A stretch of DNA of 22,652 bases from Synechococcus sp. (GTDB lineage: Bacteria > Cyanobacteriota > Cyanobacteriia > Thermostichales > PCC-7336), in the NCBI GenBank assembly GCA_051439425.1, contig JBFRWD010000025.1, forward strand, positions 1 to 22,652. The letters run 5' to 3'. The notes under the pieces were generated by a model. That model was not told the origin of the DNA, did not search any database, and was given only the letters and a program-made list of their open reading frames with translations. Numbering within the stretch: position 1 is the stretch's first letter; each line of letters opens with the position of its first letter. The position numbers and the translations under genes were made by a program. This document shows, one piece after another, positions 8,386-17,845 of this stretch.

Positions 8386-9618
8386 CTACACTAATCTTTC
8401 ACCTGTGCCGTTGTGTTCCTGTTCCCATGCCTCCAGCTTACTGGGAATGAGCTGGCAACCGCCCGGAACTGTTTTACGGGTGTTTTCTCCTCCCCAAGCG
8501 CAGATGTATCGGCGTTGATCTTCAGACAGTTCTAAGACGTTGCTAAAGTCGGTATCTTTGACAGATGCTCCAGTATTCTCGCCAGTTTTAAAATCTCTGC
8601 GCTCGTTCCCCCGTCGATACGGGGTTGCGGTATCCGGAGAACCAACATACAGGAGAGTTTTGACGAAATCTGCGTATCGGAGATTGGCGCGACTGAGGTT
8701 CGTGGAAATGAGATTGGCGTAGGACAGGTCGCAACTTTGCAGGTTGACATCGCTGAGGTTAATGTCGCTCAGATCGATGCCTCGCAGGTCTGTGCCAGAT
8801 AAATCGGTTCCGGCCAGCATGGCTCCCAGATCGACCACCCGAATTCCTTTGAGGCGATCGCGTTTGTACCACCCTTTACCGTCTAGAATAGGCCGTCCTA
8901 GGTGACTGTCCCGTTGCAAGGGACTCAGTAGATTGGAGACGGATAGGAAACGCAACACGCGCGCTTTACCGAAGGGGTCGGAGCCTCGCAAGATCGCTGC
9001 CGTACGGCCAGCGGCGATTGCTCGTTCTAGCGGCCAGTCTTCTAATTGACCCTCTTCGTTCAGCACTAAGTCGGAAATACCCTGGAAGTAGGCGTCAATG
9101 GTTTGCTGTTGGGTAATTAAGTTTTGCTGACTGGTAAGTTGAACGGAGGTACGGACTTGCTGCCACGCCACCCACAATGCAACTAACGCAATGGCAATTT
9201 GCCCCACTGCACTGAGGGCATCCCAGTTGACGTCTTCCGACCACTGGTTGAGAGACTGGAGCACGCCGGTAAATTGCAAGAGTGCAAAACCGGCCAATAG
9301 TAGAAGTAAACCGGCAACTACGAGTTCGAGTCGCTGGCCAAAAATTGATGTGAGAAAGGCTTGCTTGAGAGGGGGAAAAATGACCGGTAGTGCCAGGACA
9401 AGAAGGGCGATCGCCCCGACGATGCCAAGGATACTGTTGCTGACCGCAAGGCTAACAAGGACCAGGATGCTAGTAACAAGGGTCGCTAGCCGCCAGCGGC
9501 GATCGCTAGCTAGGGCTTCTCCCATTGGGAATGTGGCAGGAGAGGCCGATCTCTGTGAGGCAATCGGGTTGGGTTTGGTGCGGCTCAAATGATGGCTGTG
9601 GGAATCGTATGACTCCAT
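8386..9618 (-). CDS. Membrane-anchored pentapeptide-repeat protein
   Basis: About 4 N-terminal hydrophobic helices, a QQTIDAYFQGISDLVL...LEDWPLERAIA segment, and C-terminal TDLSGTDLRGIDLSDINLSDVNL repeats. Start position uncertain. Confidence 0.88.
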   Translation of the reverse strand: MESYDSHSHHLSRTKPNPIASQRSASPATFPMGEALASDRRWRLATLVTSILVLVSLAVSNSILGIVGAIALLVLALPVIFPPLKQAFLTSIFGQRLELVVAGLLLLLAGFALLQFTGVLQSLNQWSEDVNWDALSAVGQIAIALVALWVAWQQVRTSVQLTSQQNLITQQQTIDAYFQGISDLVLNEEGQLEDWPLERAIAAGRTAAILRGSDPFGKARVLRFLSVSNLLSPLQRDSHLGRPILDGKGWYKRDRLKGIRVVDLGAMLAGTDLSGTDLRGIDLSDINLSDVNLQSCDLSYANLISTNLSRANLRYADFVKTLLYVGSPDTATPYRRGNERRDFKTGENTGASVKDTDFSNVLELSEDQRRYICAWGGENTRKTVPGGCQLIPSKLEAWEQEHNGTGERLV

Positions 9619-9919
9619 TGGCAGAAGGCAACCTAGGAGGTTGAGGCAAGATTATCCGTCACTCTAGTGTATTGACGGGATTGTCGAAAAGCGCGGATTG
9701 ACTGGAATGTGTGAATGGTGAGAACCTTCTCTATAGGTCTACCCGTAATTCGAGTTGAAGTGTCTTGCAATGGACAGTATTGGTTTCGAACAATCTACAG
9801 GAATTGGTAGGCCCTGCAAATTTGGTACAGATGATTGAGGGGGTGGCTGTAGTGTCTGCGCGTGCTGTGTGCAAGCACGCTGGCTGGATTTTAAGGGTGT
9901 TGATGTTTGTGCAATGAAT

Positions 9920-10192
9920 TTAGAACCAGTTTAAATCTTCAAGCCTGACGGGCTTCTCCGCGGATTCAGGTTGTACGGGGGGAGTAGGAGCAGGATCGGG
10001 TTCGAGAATACCACTCATATAAATGGTTCGTTGAATGGCATTCCAGTCCTCTTTTGAGATGAGGAGGGCGCTATTGTTTTGACCGGAAATGATGATTTGC
10101 TTGTGATGCTCGGACACTTCATCAATCAAGTGTTGCAAGTTTTCTCTAGCTTCTCGAACTGTGACTAAGTCCATTGCAACGAGCCCACTCAT
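9920..10192 (-). CDS. Phd/YefM-family type II antitoxin, orphan
   Basis: VTVREARENLQHLIDEVSEHHKQIIISGQNNSALLISKEDWNAIQRTIY matches the Phd/YefM N-terminal DNA-binding pattern. Alternative start at 10174. Confidence 0.85.
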   Translation of the reverse strand: MSGLVAMDLVTVREARENLQHLIDEVSEHHKQIIISGQNNSALLISKEDWNAIQRTIYMSGILEPDPAPTPPVQPESAEKPVRLEDLNWF

Positions 10193-10306
10193 GCGGTATG
10201 CACAATCACTTTAACATTGGAAATTTTGATTTTCGTGGCTGAGAGTCAGGGGGTATGGCAGTGGCTACACCACTGCGAGCATTTCAGTTATGTTCAACCC
10301 TGACGG

Positions 10307-13300
10307 TTAATCATCGCTATCAGAGTATGCCGATAATGGCAGACAGGAGCAAACGAGATTGCGATCGCCGAAGGCATTGTCGATCCGTCCGACTGCAGGC
10401 CAGAATTTATGCTCTTTTGTCCAAGGGGCAGGATAAGCCGCTTGCTCGCGGCTGTAACTGCGAGTCCAGTCCGTCGCAGTGACGGTAGGTGCGGTATGGG
10501 GAGCGTGTTTGAGGACATTATCGGTGGCATCGACCGAACCCTCGGCGACCGCATCTATTTCTTTGCGGATGGCGATCATGGCATCGCAGAAGCGATCGAG
10601 CTCGGCTTTACATTCGCTTTCTGTGGGCTCCACCATCATGGTGCCGGCCACTGGCCAGGAAATAGTGGGTGCATGGTAGCCATAGTCCATCAACCGTTTG
10701 GCGATGTCGTCCACTTCAATGCCAGCCGCTTTTTTGCACGGACGCAGATCCAAAATGCATTCGTGAGCAACCAGCCCTGACTCCCCTTTGTACAGAATGG
10801 GGTAATAAGGCTCTAGCCGTTTGGCCATGTAGTTAGCACTGAGAATGGCCACCTGCGTTGCCCGTTTGAGGCCTGCGGCTCCCATCATGCGGATGTACAT
10901 CCATGAAATCGGCAGAATGCTGGCACTGCCCCAAGGCGCTGCCGATACCGGGGAGGTTCCCGTCTCTGTTCCCATATCCACAATTGGGTGTTTGGGGAGG
11001 AACGGCACGAGGTGAGCTGCTACTCCGATGGGTCCCATACCGGGTCCACCGCCGCCGTGAGGAATGCAGAAAGTCTTGTGTAGGTTGAGGTGGCAGACAT
11101 CTGCGCCGATATCACCGGGACGGCATAACCCTACCTGGGCATTCAAGTTTGCGCCATCCATGTATACCTGACCACCGTGGTTGTGAATCAATTGGCAGAC
11201 ATCTCGAATGGAAGATTCAAAGACACCGTGGGTGGATGGATAAGTGACCATCAGTGCTGCTAGGCGATCGCTGTGTTTTTCGGCTTTGGCTCGCAGGTCG
11301 TCAACGTCGATATTGCCATCGCCATCGCACTGAACAACGACGACTTTCATACCGGCCATAACTGCACTGGCGGGATTCGTGCCGTGAGCGGAATCGGGAA
11401 TCAGACAAATGATGCGATCGCTGTCTGCGCGAGATAAGTGGTAGGCCCGAATGGCGAGCAAGCCAGCATATTCCCCTTGAGAACCGGCATTGGGCTGCAG
11501 GGAGATTCCAGCAAAACCGGTGATTTCGGCTAAGTCTGCTTCCAGGCGATCGAACAACATGCGGTATCCGGCCACTTGTTCTGCAGGGGCAAACGGGTGA
11601 ATCTGTCCGAACTCTGGCCAGGTGACTGGCACCATCTCGGCAGTTGCATTGAGCTTCATGGTGCAAGAGCCCAGCGGAATCATCGATGTGGTTAGGGATA
11701 AATCCTTAGACTGTAAGCGATAGAGATAGCGCAGCAGCTCTGTTTCAGAGTGGTAGCGATTAAAAGCCGGATGGGTGAGGTAGTCGCTGGTGCGTTCCCA
11801 AATGGCATCTTTTCGGTGGAAACGTTCGGCTTCGTCTGACTGAGCCAGATCGGTGAGGTTGAGGGTGTACGCGTCTTCCAGAGCGAATATTGCCAGAAGG
11901 TCGGCTAAATCATCTGTGGTGGTAGTTTCGTCAACCGATACGCAGACAGTGGTTGTATCCAGTACTCGTAAGTTGATGCGTTTCGCGGCTGCGGCCGCGA
12001 CTATTGCTGTTGCTGGAGTTTCCCCCAATTCCACTCGGACGGTGTCGAAAAATTCGCTGGTTGCCACCGTATAACCGAGCTGGGTGATGCCTGCTGCAAA
12101 CAACGTTGCCAAACTGTGAACTCGGCGGGCAATCCGCTGCAGTCCTTGTGGGCCGTGATAGACGGCATACATGCTGGCTATGACAGCCAATAAAACTTGA
12201 GCCGTGCAAATATTGCTGGTGGCTTTATCGCGGCGAATATGTTGCTCGCGGGTTTGGAGTGCCAGACGGAGGGCCGGTTGGCCGCTGGTGTCTTGCGAGA
12301 CCCCCACAATCCGTCCGGGCATTTGGCGAGCATATTGACTGGTGGTGGCGAAATAGGCCGCATGAGGGCCACCGTAACCGAGCGGAACGCCAAATCGTTG
12401 GGTAGAGCCCACCGCGATGTCTGCGCCAAATTCTGCTGGTGGTTTGAGCAATGTTAAGGCTAAGGGGTCAGCTGCGACGGTTACTACCCCTTTGCTGCTG
12501 TGGACTTGCTCCACAAACTTGCTGAAATCGAAGACTGCACCGTCGGTGGCGGGGTACTGCAGCAGTGCTCCAAACACGGGCGTGTCCTTGAAGTTCACCG
12601 TATGGCGATCGCCCACAATGATGTCAATACCCAAAGGTTCTGCCCGCGTTTGCAAAACGGCGATGGTTTGGGGGTGGCAATCATCGGCGACGAAGTACGC
12701 TTTCGGTGCTTTCTTTCCCGCAACTTGCAGGCTCATGGTCATGGCTTCTGCTGCGGCAGTTGCTTCGTCCAGCAGCGATGCATTGGCCATTTCCATTCCG
12801 GTGAGGTCGGCCACCATGGTCTGGAAATTCAAGAGCGCTTCTAGACGGCCCTGGGCAATTTCGGCTTGGTAGGGAGTGTATTGGGTGTACCAGCCAGGAT
12901 TCTCTAGAACATTTCGCTGAATTACCGGAGGCGTGATGCAGTTGTAATAGCCGGTGCCGATGAACGAACGCCAGACCTGATTGTGACTGGCAATCTGCTT
13001 CAGTTCTGCTAATGCTTCTAGCTCTCCAGTTGCCTTGGAAAGATTGAGATCTCCATTCATACGAATGGAGCTGGGTAGAACGCGATCGGTCAGGCTTTCG
13101 AGGGAGCTTTCCTCCAGGTTTGCCAGCATTTGAGCCACTTCAATCTCGGTGGGGCCGATGTGCCGGGCTTGGAATTCCCCTTGTCCTCGATCTCGTGCAA
13201 CGTTAGCGACTTCCTGCAACGCTTCAATTAGGCGATCGCGCTGGATTGATGAAGAAAGGCCGTCCTCCATACCCTTACTGGTGCTGGGTGAGGGTGCCTC

Positions 13301-13354
13301 TCCTGATGGCTGGGGGGGGATGTCAGAGTGCTGGGCAGACAATTGATCGGTCAT
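10307..13354 (-). CDS. gcvP: Glycine dehydrogenase (decarboxylating), glycine cleavage system P protein
   Basis: [62 protein letters not shown], and the PLP-lysine motif [18 protein letters not shown]. Alternative start at 13270. Confidence 0.98.
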   Translation of the reverse strand: MTDQLSAQHSDIPPQPSGEAPSPSTSKGMEDGLSSSIQRDRLIEALQEVANVARDRGQGEFQARHIGPTEIEVAQMLANLEESSLESLTDRVLPSSIRMNGDLNLSKATGELEALAELKQIASHNQVWRSFIGTGYYNCITPPVIQRNVLENPGWYTQYTPYQAEIAQGRLEALLNFQTMVADLTGMEMANASLLDEATAAAEAMTMSLQVAGKKAPKAYFVADDCHPQTIAVLQTRAEPLGIDIIVGDRHTVNFKDTPVFGALLQYPATDGAVFDFSKFVEQVHSSKGVVTVAADPLALTLLKPPAEFGADIAVGSTQRFGVPLGYGGPHAAYFATTSQYARQMPGRIVGVSQDTSGQPALRLALQTREQHIRRDKATSNICTAQVLLAVIASMYAVYHGPQGLQRIARRVHSLATLFAAGITQLGYTVATSEFFDTVRVELGETPATAIVAAAAAKRINLRVLDTTTVCVSVDETTTTDDLADLLAIFALEDAYTLNLTDLAQSDEAERFHRKDAIWERTSDYLTHPAFNRYHSETELLRYLYRLQSKDLSLTTSMIPLGSCTMKLNATAEMVPVTWPEFGQIHPFAPAEQVAGYRMLFDRLEADLAEITGFAGISLQPNAGSQGEYAGLLAIRAYHLSRADSDRIICLIPDSAHGTNPASAVMAGMKVVVVQCDGDGNIDVDDLRAKAEKHSDRLAALMVTYPSTHGVFESSIRDVCQLIHNHGGQVYMDGANLNAQVGLCRPGDIGADVCHLNLHKTFCIPHGGGGPGMGPIGVAAHLVPFLPKHPIVDMGTETGTSPVSAAPWGSASILPISWMYIRMMGAAGLKRATQVAILSANYMAKRLEPYYPILYKGESGLVAHECILDLRPCKKAAGIEVDDIAKRLMDYGYHAPTISWPVAGTMMVEPTESECKAELDRFCDAMIAIRKEIDAVAEGSVDATDNVLKHAPHTAPTVTATDWTRSYSREQAAYPAPWTKEHKFWPAVGRIDNAFGDRNLVCSCLPLSAYSDSDD

Positions 13355-13577
13355 ACGATGTGCTCGTCAGGAGTGGCAGGTTGTCAAGGATTGAGACAAA
13401 CAGCATACTCGGCCACAGATACGTGAAACGTTCATACACTTGATGACAGTTATCGCAATCCCTTGTTACTCAAGGTAACGCTGTTCGATCGCATTCCCCA
13501 AGCATTCACAAACGTTAGGTTTCAATGGCTGGCCGAGAGCCGATCGGGAATCTGGTTGGTGAATGCGTTTGACGAGC

Positions 13578-14141
13578 TTAAGAATTTTCCTCTTCAGCCC
13601 CGTCAGAGTTTAAGAATGTTACCTCGACATTGTCTCCAATCTCTAGATCGATATCGTTGGCTGTGCCACCATTCAACTCCAGAACACTGTCCACCAATAT
13701 GGTTGTGGGTGGGCCGTATCCGGGACAAGGTAATTCGCTGCAGCCCGGTACGGATTCTTCCAGGTGAACAACTTCCCCCTCAAACATGAACACCATGTCG
13801 AGAGGGAAGGTGACGTTATACATCCAAAAACTGGCAGGGCGCGGTGGAGCGAAGGGAAACAGCATCCCCTGACCTACAGGCAATGGGTCGCGGAACATGA
13901 GGCCCAGTCTTTGTTGCTCGGTCGTGCTGGCAACTTCTAAATCAAAGCGGCGATCTCCAATGGTTGCGACGGCCTCAATCGGGAGTTGTTGGCCGCGATT
14001 GGTGGGGCTGGTGGTAGTGTTCGGCTGTGACGACGCCACATCGTAAGTTGCACAGCCCAGAGTGAGTGAGGACAGGACTAGAACGGTCAAGCCAATCCAG
14101 CCATAGCGCCCATTCGAACTCACTGGTTGTCTCCGCTTCAT
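13578..14141 (-). CDS. DUF192 family protein, probable lipoprotein
   Basis: LEVAST..QQRLGLMFR, GMLFPF, FWMYNVTFPLDMVF, VLELNGG. The N-terminus MKRR-hydrophobic-LTLG|C is lipobox-like. ATG at 14141 preferred. Confidence 0.9.
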   Translation of the reverse strand: MKRRQPVSSNGRYGWIGLTVLVLSSLTLGCATYDVASSQPNTTTSPTNRGQQLPIEAVATIGDRRFDLEVASTTEQQRLGLMFRDPLPVGQGMLFPFAPPRPASFWMYNVTFPLDMVFMFEGEVVHLEESVPGCSELPCPGYGPPTTILVDSVLELNGGTANDIDLEIGDNVEVTFLNSDGAEEENS

Positions 14142-14312
14142 TCCCAAACTCCACAACACCACTCATATTCGCAAGGCTGTATCTAGACAGCTTATCTGCA
14201 GAGATCGCTTGTCTGACCAGACAGCTAACCAGCGCCATACCGGGCTATAGGCGGCTGAACCTCGCTATTGTGACCTTAGCGTCGAATGGGTCTGGCACCC
14301 ATACCGTCTGTT

Positions 14313-15611
14313 TTATTGGGCCATGGCAAAAAACTCGACAGTACTCTTGAGGGACGCCAAAAATGCATCGATGTCTGCACGAGTATTGTAGAAGTAGACA
14401 CTAGCTCGTGCGGTGGCTGCAAGCCCCAGTTGTTTGTGGAGAGGTTGGGTGCAGTGGTGACCGGAGCGAATGGCGATGGCGTCTTCATCCAACAGTGCCG
14501 CGATGTCATTGGCATGAATTCCCTCAACGGTGAAGGATACCAAGCCTGCCCGTGCAATCTCGCCGTCGCTATTCCATGTGGGGCCGATGGGGGTGATGCC
14601 ATCCACTGCAGTTAGACCTTTGAGTAAGTAATCGGTCAATTGTTGTTCGTGCCTATGAATAGCGTCCATGCCAATGCTGCTCAGATAGTCAACGGCTGCA
14701 CCCAGGCCAACGGCTTCGGCGATCGCCGGAGTCCCTGCTTCAAACTTGTGGGGCAGATCGGCGTAGGTCGAGCAATCAAGCTCTACATCTGCAATCATCT
14801 CGCCGCCGCCCAAGAACGGTGGCATTGACAGTAGTAAATCTTCTTTGCCAAACAAAAAACCGCTACCGGTCGGGGCACACATTTTGTGGCCAGATGCCAC
14901 TAACCAGTCGCAATCCAAGGCCTGTACATCCAACGACATGTGTGGGGTACTTTGACAGGCGTCGATCAGAACTTTGGCACCGAAATGATGGGCACGTTCG
15001 ACAATGTCGGTGATGGGGTTGATGCATCCTAGGGTGTTGGACACATGAACTACCGATACTAGCTTGGTGCGATCGCTGAGAAGGTCTGTGTAGCGATCGA
15101 AGTCGAATTCTCCCGTTTCAGTCAGGGGGACAAACTTGAGTGTGGCTCCCGTGCGCTGAGCCACAAATTGCCAGGGCACCAGGTTACTGTGGTGCTCCAT
15201 CACGGACAGGATGATTTCGTCCCCTGGATGGAGGTTGTGCATCCCCCAGGTATATGCCACTAAGTTGATGGCTTCGCTGGCATTTCGGGTGTAGACAATT
15301 TCGCGATCCGATGCTGCATTCACGAACCTGGCGACTTTGACGCGCGAGGCTTCGTAGGCTTCTGTTGCTTCCCGGCTGAGGGTGTGGGCACCGCGATGGA
15401 CATTGGCATTGGAGAGGCGATAGTAAGCATCCATCGCCTGCAAGACCGCTGTTGGCTTTTGAGAGGTGGCTGCATTGTCTAGGTAGACGAGTGGCTTGCC
15501 ATTCAGATGGCGTTCCAAGATCGGAAAGTCAGACCGTACTCGATGCGCTAGAGCATCAATCGTCGAAGAATTAAGGGTTGATTGAGCTGCAGTAGCACTA
15601 GATGCAGACAT
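14313..15611 (-). CDS. sufS: SufS-type (group II) cysteine desulfurase
   Basis: LVYLDNAATSQKP, NVHRGAH, MEHHSNLVPWQ, SGHKM (PLP lysine), KFEAGTP, RSGHHCTQPLH. ATG at 15611 preferred. Confidence 0.95.
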   Translation of the reverse strand: MSASSATAAQSTLNSSTIDALAHRVRSDFPILERHLNGKPLVYLDNAATSQKPTAVLQAMDAYYRLSNANVHRGAHTLSREATEAYEASRVKVARFVNAASDREIVYTRNASEAINLVAYTWGMHNLHPGDEIILSVMEHHSNLVPWQFVAQRTGATLKFVPLTETGEFDFDRYTDLLSDRTKLVSVVHVSNTLGCINPITDIVERAHHFGAKVLIDACQSTPHMSLDVQALDCDWLVASGHKMCAPTGSGFLFGKEDLLLSMPPFLGGGEMIADVELDCSTYADLPHKFEAGTPAIAEAVGLGAAVDYLSSIGMDAIHRHEQQLTDYLLKGLTAVDGITPIGPTWNSDGEIARAGLVSFTVEGIHANDIAALLDEDAIAIRSGHHCTQPLHKQLGLAATARASVYFYNTRADIDAFLASLKSTVEFFAMAQ

Positions 15612-15786
15612 AGAGAATAACCGATGAAGACTGAAACCTTGGGTTGTCGCAATAAACACGAGTTGTCACAACTCTAGACTGCTCGTTTCAACTCCCAAAG
15701 ATAAGATGAATCGCGAGCATCATATCAGTATGGCACCCCTCTTCGGCTGGTTCAAAGATGAGTCGATCGGGAGAATGTCTGGCTGA

Positions 15787-16413
15787 TTAGGACAGTTGAG
15801 CTGGGGACGGAGCGCCTCGCAGTTTGATTGTCGTGTTGACGAGACTACGAGCAAACTTATTGAAGCGCTGCTGCAGTTTTTCATCAACAATCTCACCTGT
15901 TTCATCAAACGCTTGCCATGCTTGTCCGATCGCAATCTGTTCGGGGATGGACCAGCCATGTACCCAGCGGATGTGGTGACGTAGTTGGTTGAGTGCATTA
16001 CTGTTCGAGCCCCCACCCAATACGCTAATGGTGCCAAATACCTTGCCATCAAGCTGCTCGAAACTCATCAAATCGAGAGCGTTTTTGAGAACTCCACTGG
16101 GGCCGCCGTGGTACTCGGGGGTAGCCAAGATCGCGCCATCTGCTTCCAGAAAGGCTTGGCGTAATTGGATGACTCCTGGATGCCCGTCTTCACCCCCCGA
16201 TTTACAGAAGGGTAAATTCATCTGGCGTAGGTCTAAAATCTCGACATCCGCACCATATCCACGTACGAGTTCTGCTACGTAGTCCAGCGCCTGATACGTG
16301 TATGACTCTGGACGCAGGCTTCCCCCAATGCCGACAATTTTGATCGGACGATTGCTTGAGGCTTCTGTAGGGGCTTCGATCTGTTCCGCTACGGTTTCTT
16401 GAGTTCCCGACAT
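15787..16413 (-). CDS. NADPH-dependent FMN reductase (SsuE/ChrR-like flavoprotein)
   Basis: IVGIGGSLRPESYT and ATPEYHGGPSGVLKNALD motifs. GGAGG Shine-Dalgarno upstream of the ATG. Confidence 0.93.
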   Translation of the reverse strand: MSGTQETVAEQIEAPTEASSNRPIKIVGIGGSLRPESYTYQALDYVAELVRGYGADVEILDLRQMNLPFCKSGGEDGHPGVIQLRQAFLEADGAILATPEYHGGPSGVLKNALDLMSFEQLDGKVFGTISVLGGGSNSNALNQLRHHIRWVHGWSIPEQIAIGQAWQAFDETGEIVDEKLQQRFNKFARSLVNTTIKLRGAPSPAQLS

Positions 16414-16630
16414 TCAATCCTCCTGTTCCCTGTGCGATGGCACGGCAGGTATGTTGTTTCGATGTTCTATATCGTAGTCGAAATGACTTCGCTTAAAGTG
16501 TGCGGATTTCCGCCGAGATGATGTTCGGGATAGGGGGCGCGAACTTCGAACATATTTGCCCTGCCTGGACTTTATTAAACGTAGTGGGTGAGATGTGGCG
16601 AGCCATCGGGGAAATAGTCAAAATTAAGAT

Positions 16631-17653
16631 ATGGGCACTTTACGACAGCAATCTTCTCCACAGCCTTTGCACGCACAAGCTGACGAACGCTCTGTGCAGT
16701 CATTGCAAAACAACCCGCCATTGCAAGACTACGTGCATGCTGCCATTGGCAAATATGTACGTAAGGTGACTCGCTATGAAAAAGCGGTGATTGCTGATCG
16801 TGACCCGGAAAATTTGCACCAGATGCGTGTCGGTATGCGCCGATTGCGGACGGCCTTGAAAACCTATGGTGCGGTCCTGCGGCTACCCAAAGCTGCGCGA
16901 GAGCCTCAAGTCGCGAAAGTGGCTCGACGGTTGGGAACCTTACGAGATATCGATGTACTGCTAGAGACCTTGGAGAAGCAATACTGGCCGGCACTTCCCT
17001 TTTCCGAGCAGTTGCAGATGGCCAAGGTCATGGAGGTATTGCATGGCGATCGCCAAACAGCTTTCAGGCGAGCCAAGTCCACGCTAGAAGGCGAGAGCTA
17101 TCAAGGTTTGAAAAAATCGATTCGAGCGTGGCTGCGAGCGCCCACTTACCGACCCTTAGGTCAGCTTCCACTCTCCGCCATTGCTCCAGAGTTTATCCAA
17201 CCGTTACTCAGCCGCCTGTGGCTGCACCCTGGTTGGCTGATTGGGGCAGAGTTTCAGAGCGATCGCTTTGTGCCCAACACTAAGTTGTCTCCTGAGGTGG
17301 CCGAAGCATTGTTGTCAGAGAAAGGCACCCCACTTCATGCTCTACGCAAGCAGGTCAAGCGAGTTCGATACCAGCTTGATTTCTGTGAAGACTGGCTGGG
17401 TAAGCCGTTGCAGCCCGAACTCAAACGTATGTCTCACCTGCAAGATGCCTTGGGGGTGATGCAGGATACCGTTGTTTTGGAGCAGTTTTTGGATAAAGCT
17501 CTCGATAAACAGCTAAAAGATTTGATGCCCACGGTGGCATCTATTTTGGTGCAGACGCGGCACAGGGCTTGGTTGGATTGGCAGCCCTTACAAGAGCATT
17601 ATTTGCAAGCGCGATCGCGGCACGAGATTTATCGGATGATGTTGGTGGGGTAG
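16631..17653 (+). CDS. CHAD-domain protein (polyphosphate-binding family)
   Basis: DPENLHQMRVGMRRLRTAL, LGTLRDIDV, LHALRKQVKRVRYQLDF, LQDALGVMQD. Confidence 0.93.
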   Translation: MGTLRQQSSPQPLHAQADERSVQSLQNNPPLQDYVHAAIGKYVRKVTRYEKAVIADRDPENLHQMRVGMRRLRTALKTYGAVLRLPKAAREPQVAKVARRLGTLRDIDVLLETLEKQYWPALPFSEQLQMAKVMEVLHGDRQTAFRRAKSTLEGESYQGLKKSIRAWLRAPTYRPLGQLPLSAIAPEFIQPLLSRLWLHPGWLIGAEFQSDRFVPNTKLSPEVAEALLSEKGTPLHALRKQVKRVRYQLDFCEDWLGKPLQPELKRMSHLQDALGVMQDTVVLEQFLDKALDKQLKDLMPTVASILVQTRHRAWLDWQPLQEHYLQARSRHEIYRMMLVG

Positions 17654-17656
17654 AGA

Positions 17657-17735
17657 TTAGTTATTAGTCCTTGGTCATTAATCCTTGGTCTTTGGTTCTA
17701 GGCCGCTTTCCTAATGACGAGTGACCAATGACCCA
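17657..17735. repeat. STRR-like degenerate heptamer tandem repeats in inverted arrangement
   Basis: TTAGTTA TTAGTCC TTGGTCA TTAATCC TTGGTCT TTGGTTC (17657-17698), then complementary-type TTCCTAA TGACGAG TGACCAA TGACCCA (17708-17735). Confidence 0.7.
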
Positions 17736-17775
17736 ATAAAATCCTCACACTGTTCGTTGACTCCTCGCACCACAC

Positions 17776-17809
17776 AAAAGGAGACCGCCGCTCAACTGCA
17801 GCAATCTCC
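17776..17809 (-). terminator. Intrinsic terminator downstream of chlI
   Basis: Minus-strand RNA GGAGAUUGCUGC-AGUUGA-GCGGCGGUCUCC-UUUUG forms a 12-bp stem with three G-U pairs, followed by a U tract. Confidence 0.75.
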
Positions 17810-17845
17810 CCATCAATAATGTCAGTGTTTTGCGCTGGCTCAGAA

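Noticed and set aside
9860..9880. Hairpin GCGTGCT-N7-AGCACGC downstream of the antitoxin
   Set aside because: No U tract follows it on the minus strand, so it cannot be called an intrinsic terminator.
10258..10276. Hairpin GCAGTGG-CTACA-CCACTGC after gcvP
   Set aside because: No U tract. Ambiguous between a 3' stem and an operator, so the evidence is insufficient.
10409..12872. Multiple antisense or alternate-frame ORFs within gcvP (likewise within dnaA, sufS and chlI)
   Set aside because: They fully overlap highly conserved genes and show no independent motifs, which is typical of shadow ORFs.
13355..13577. Glycine riboswitch upstream of gcvP
   Set aside because: The conserved GGAGA...CCGAAG...CUCUCAGG elements were not found on the coding strand.
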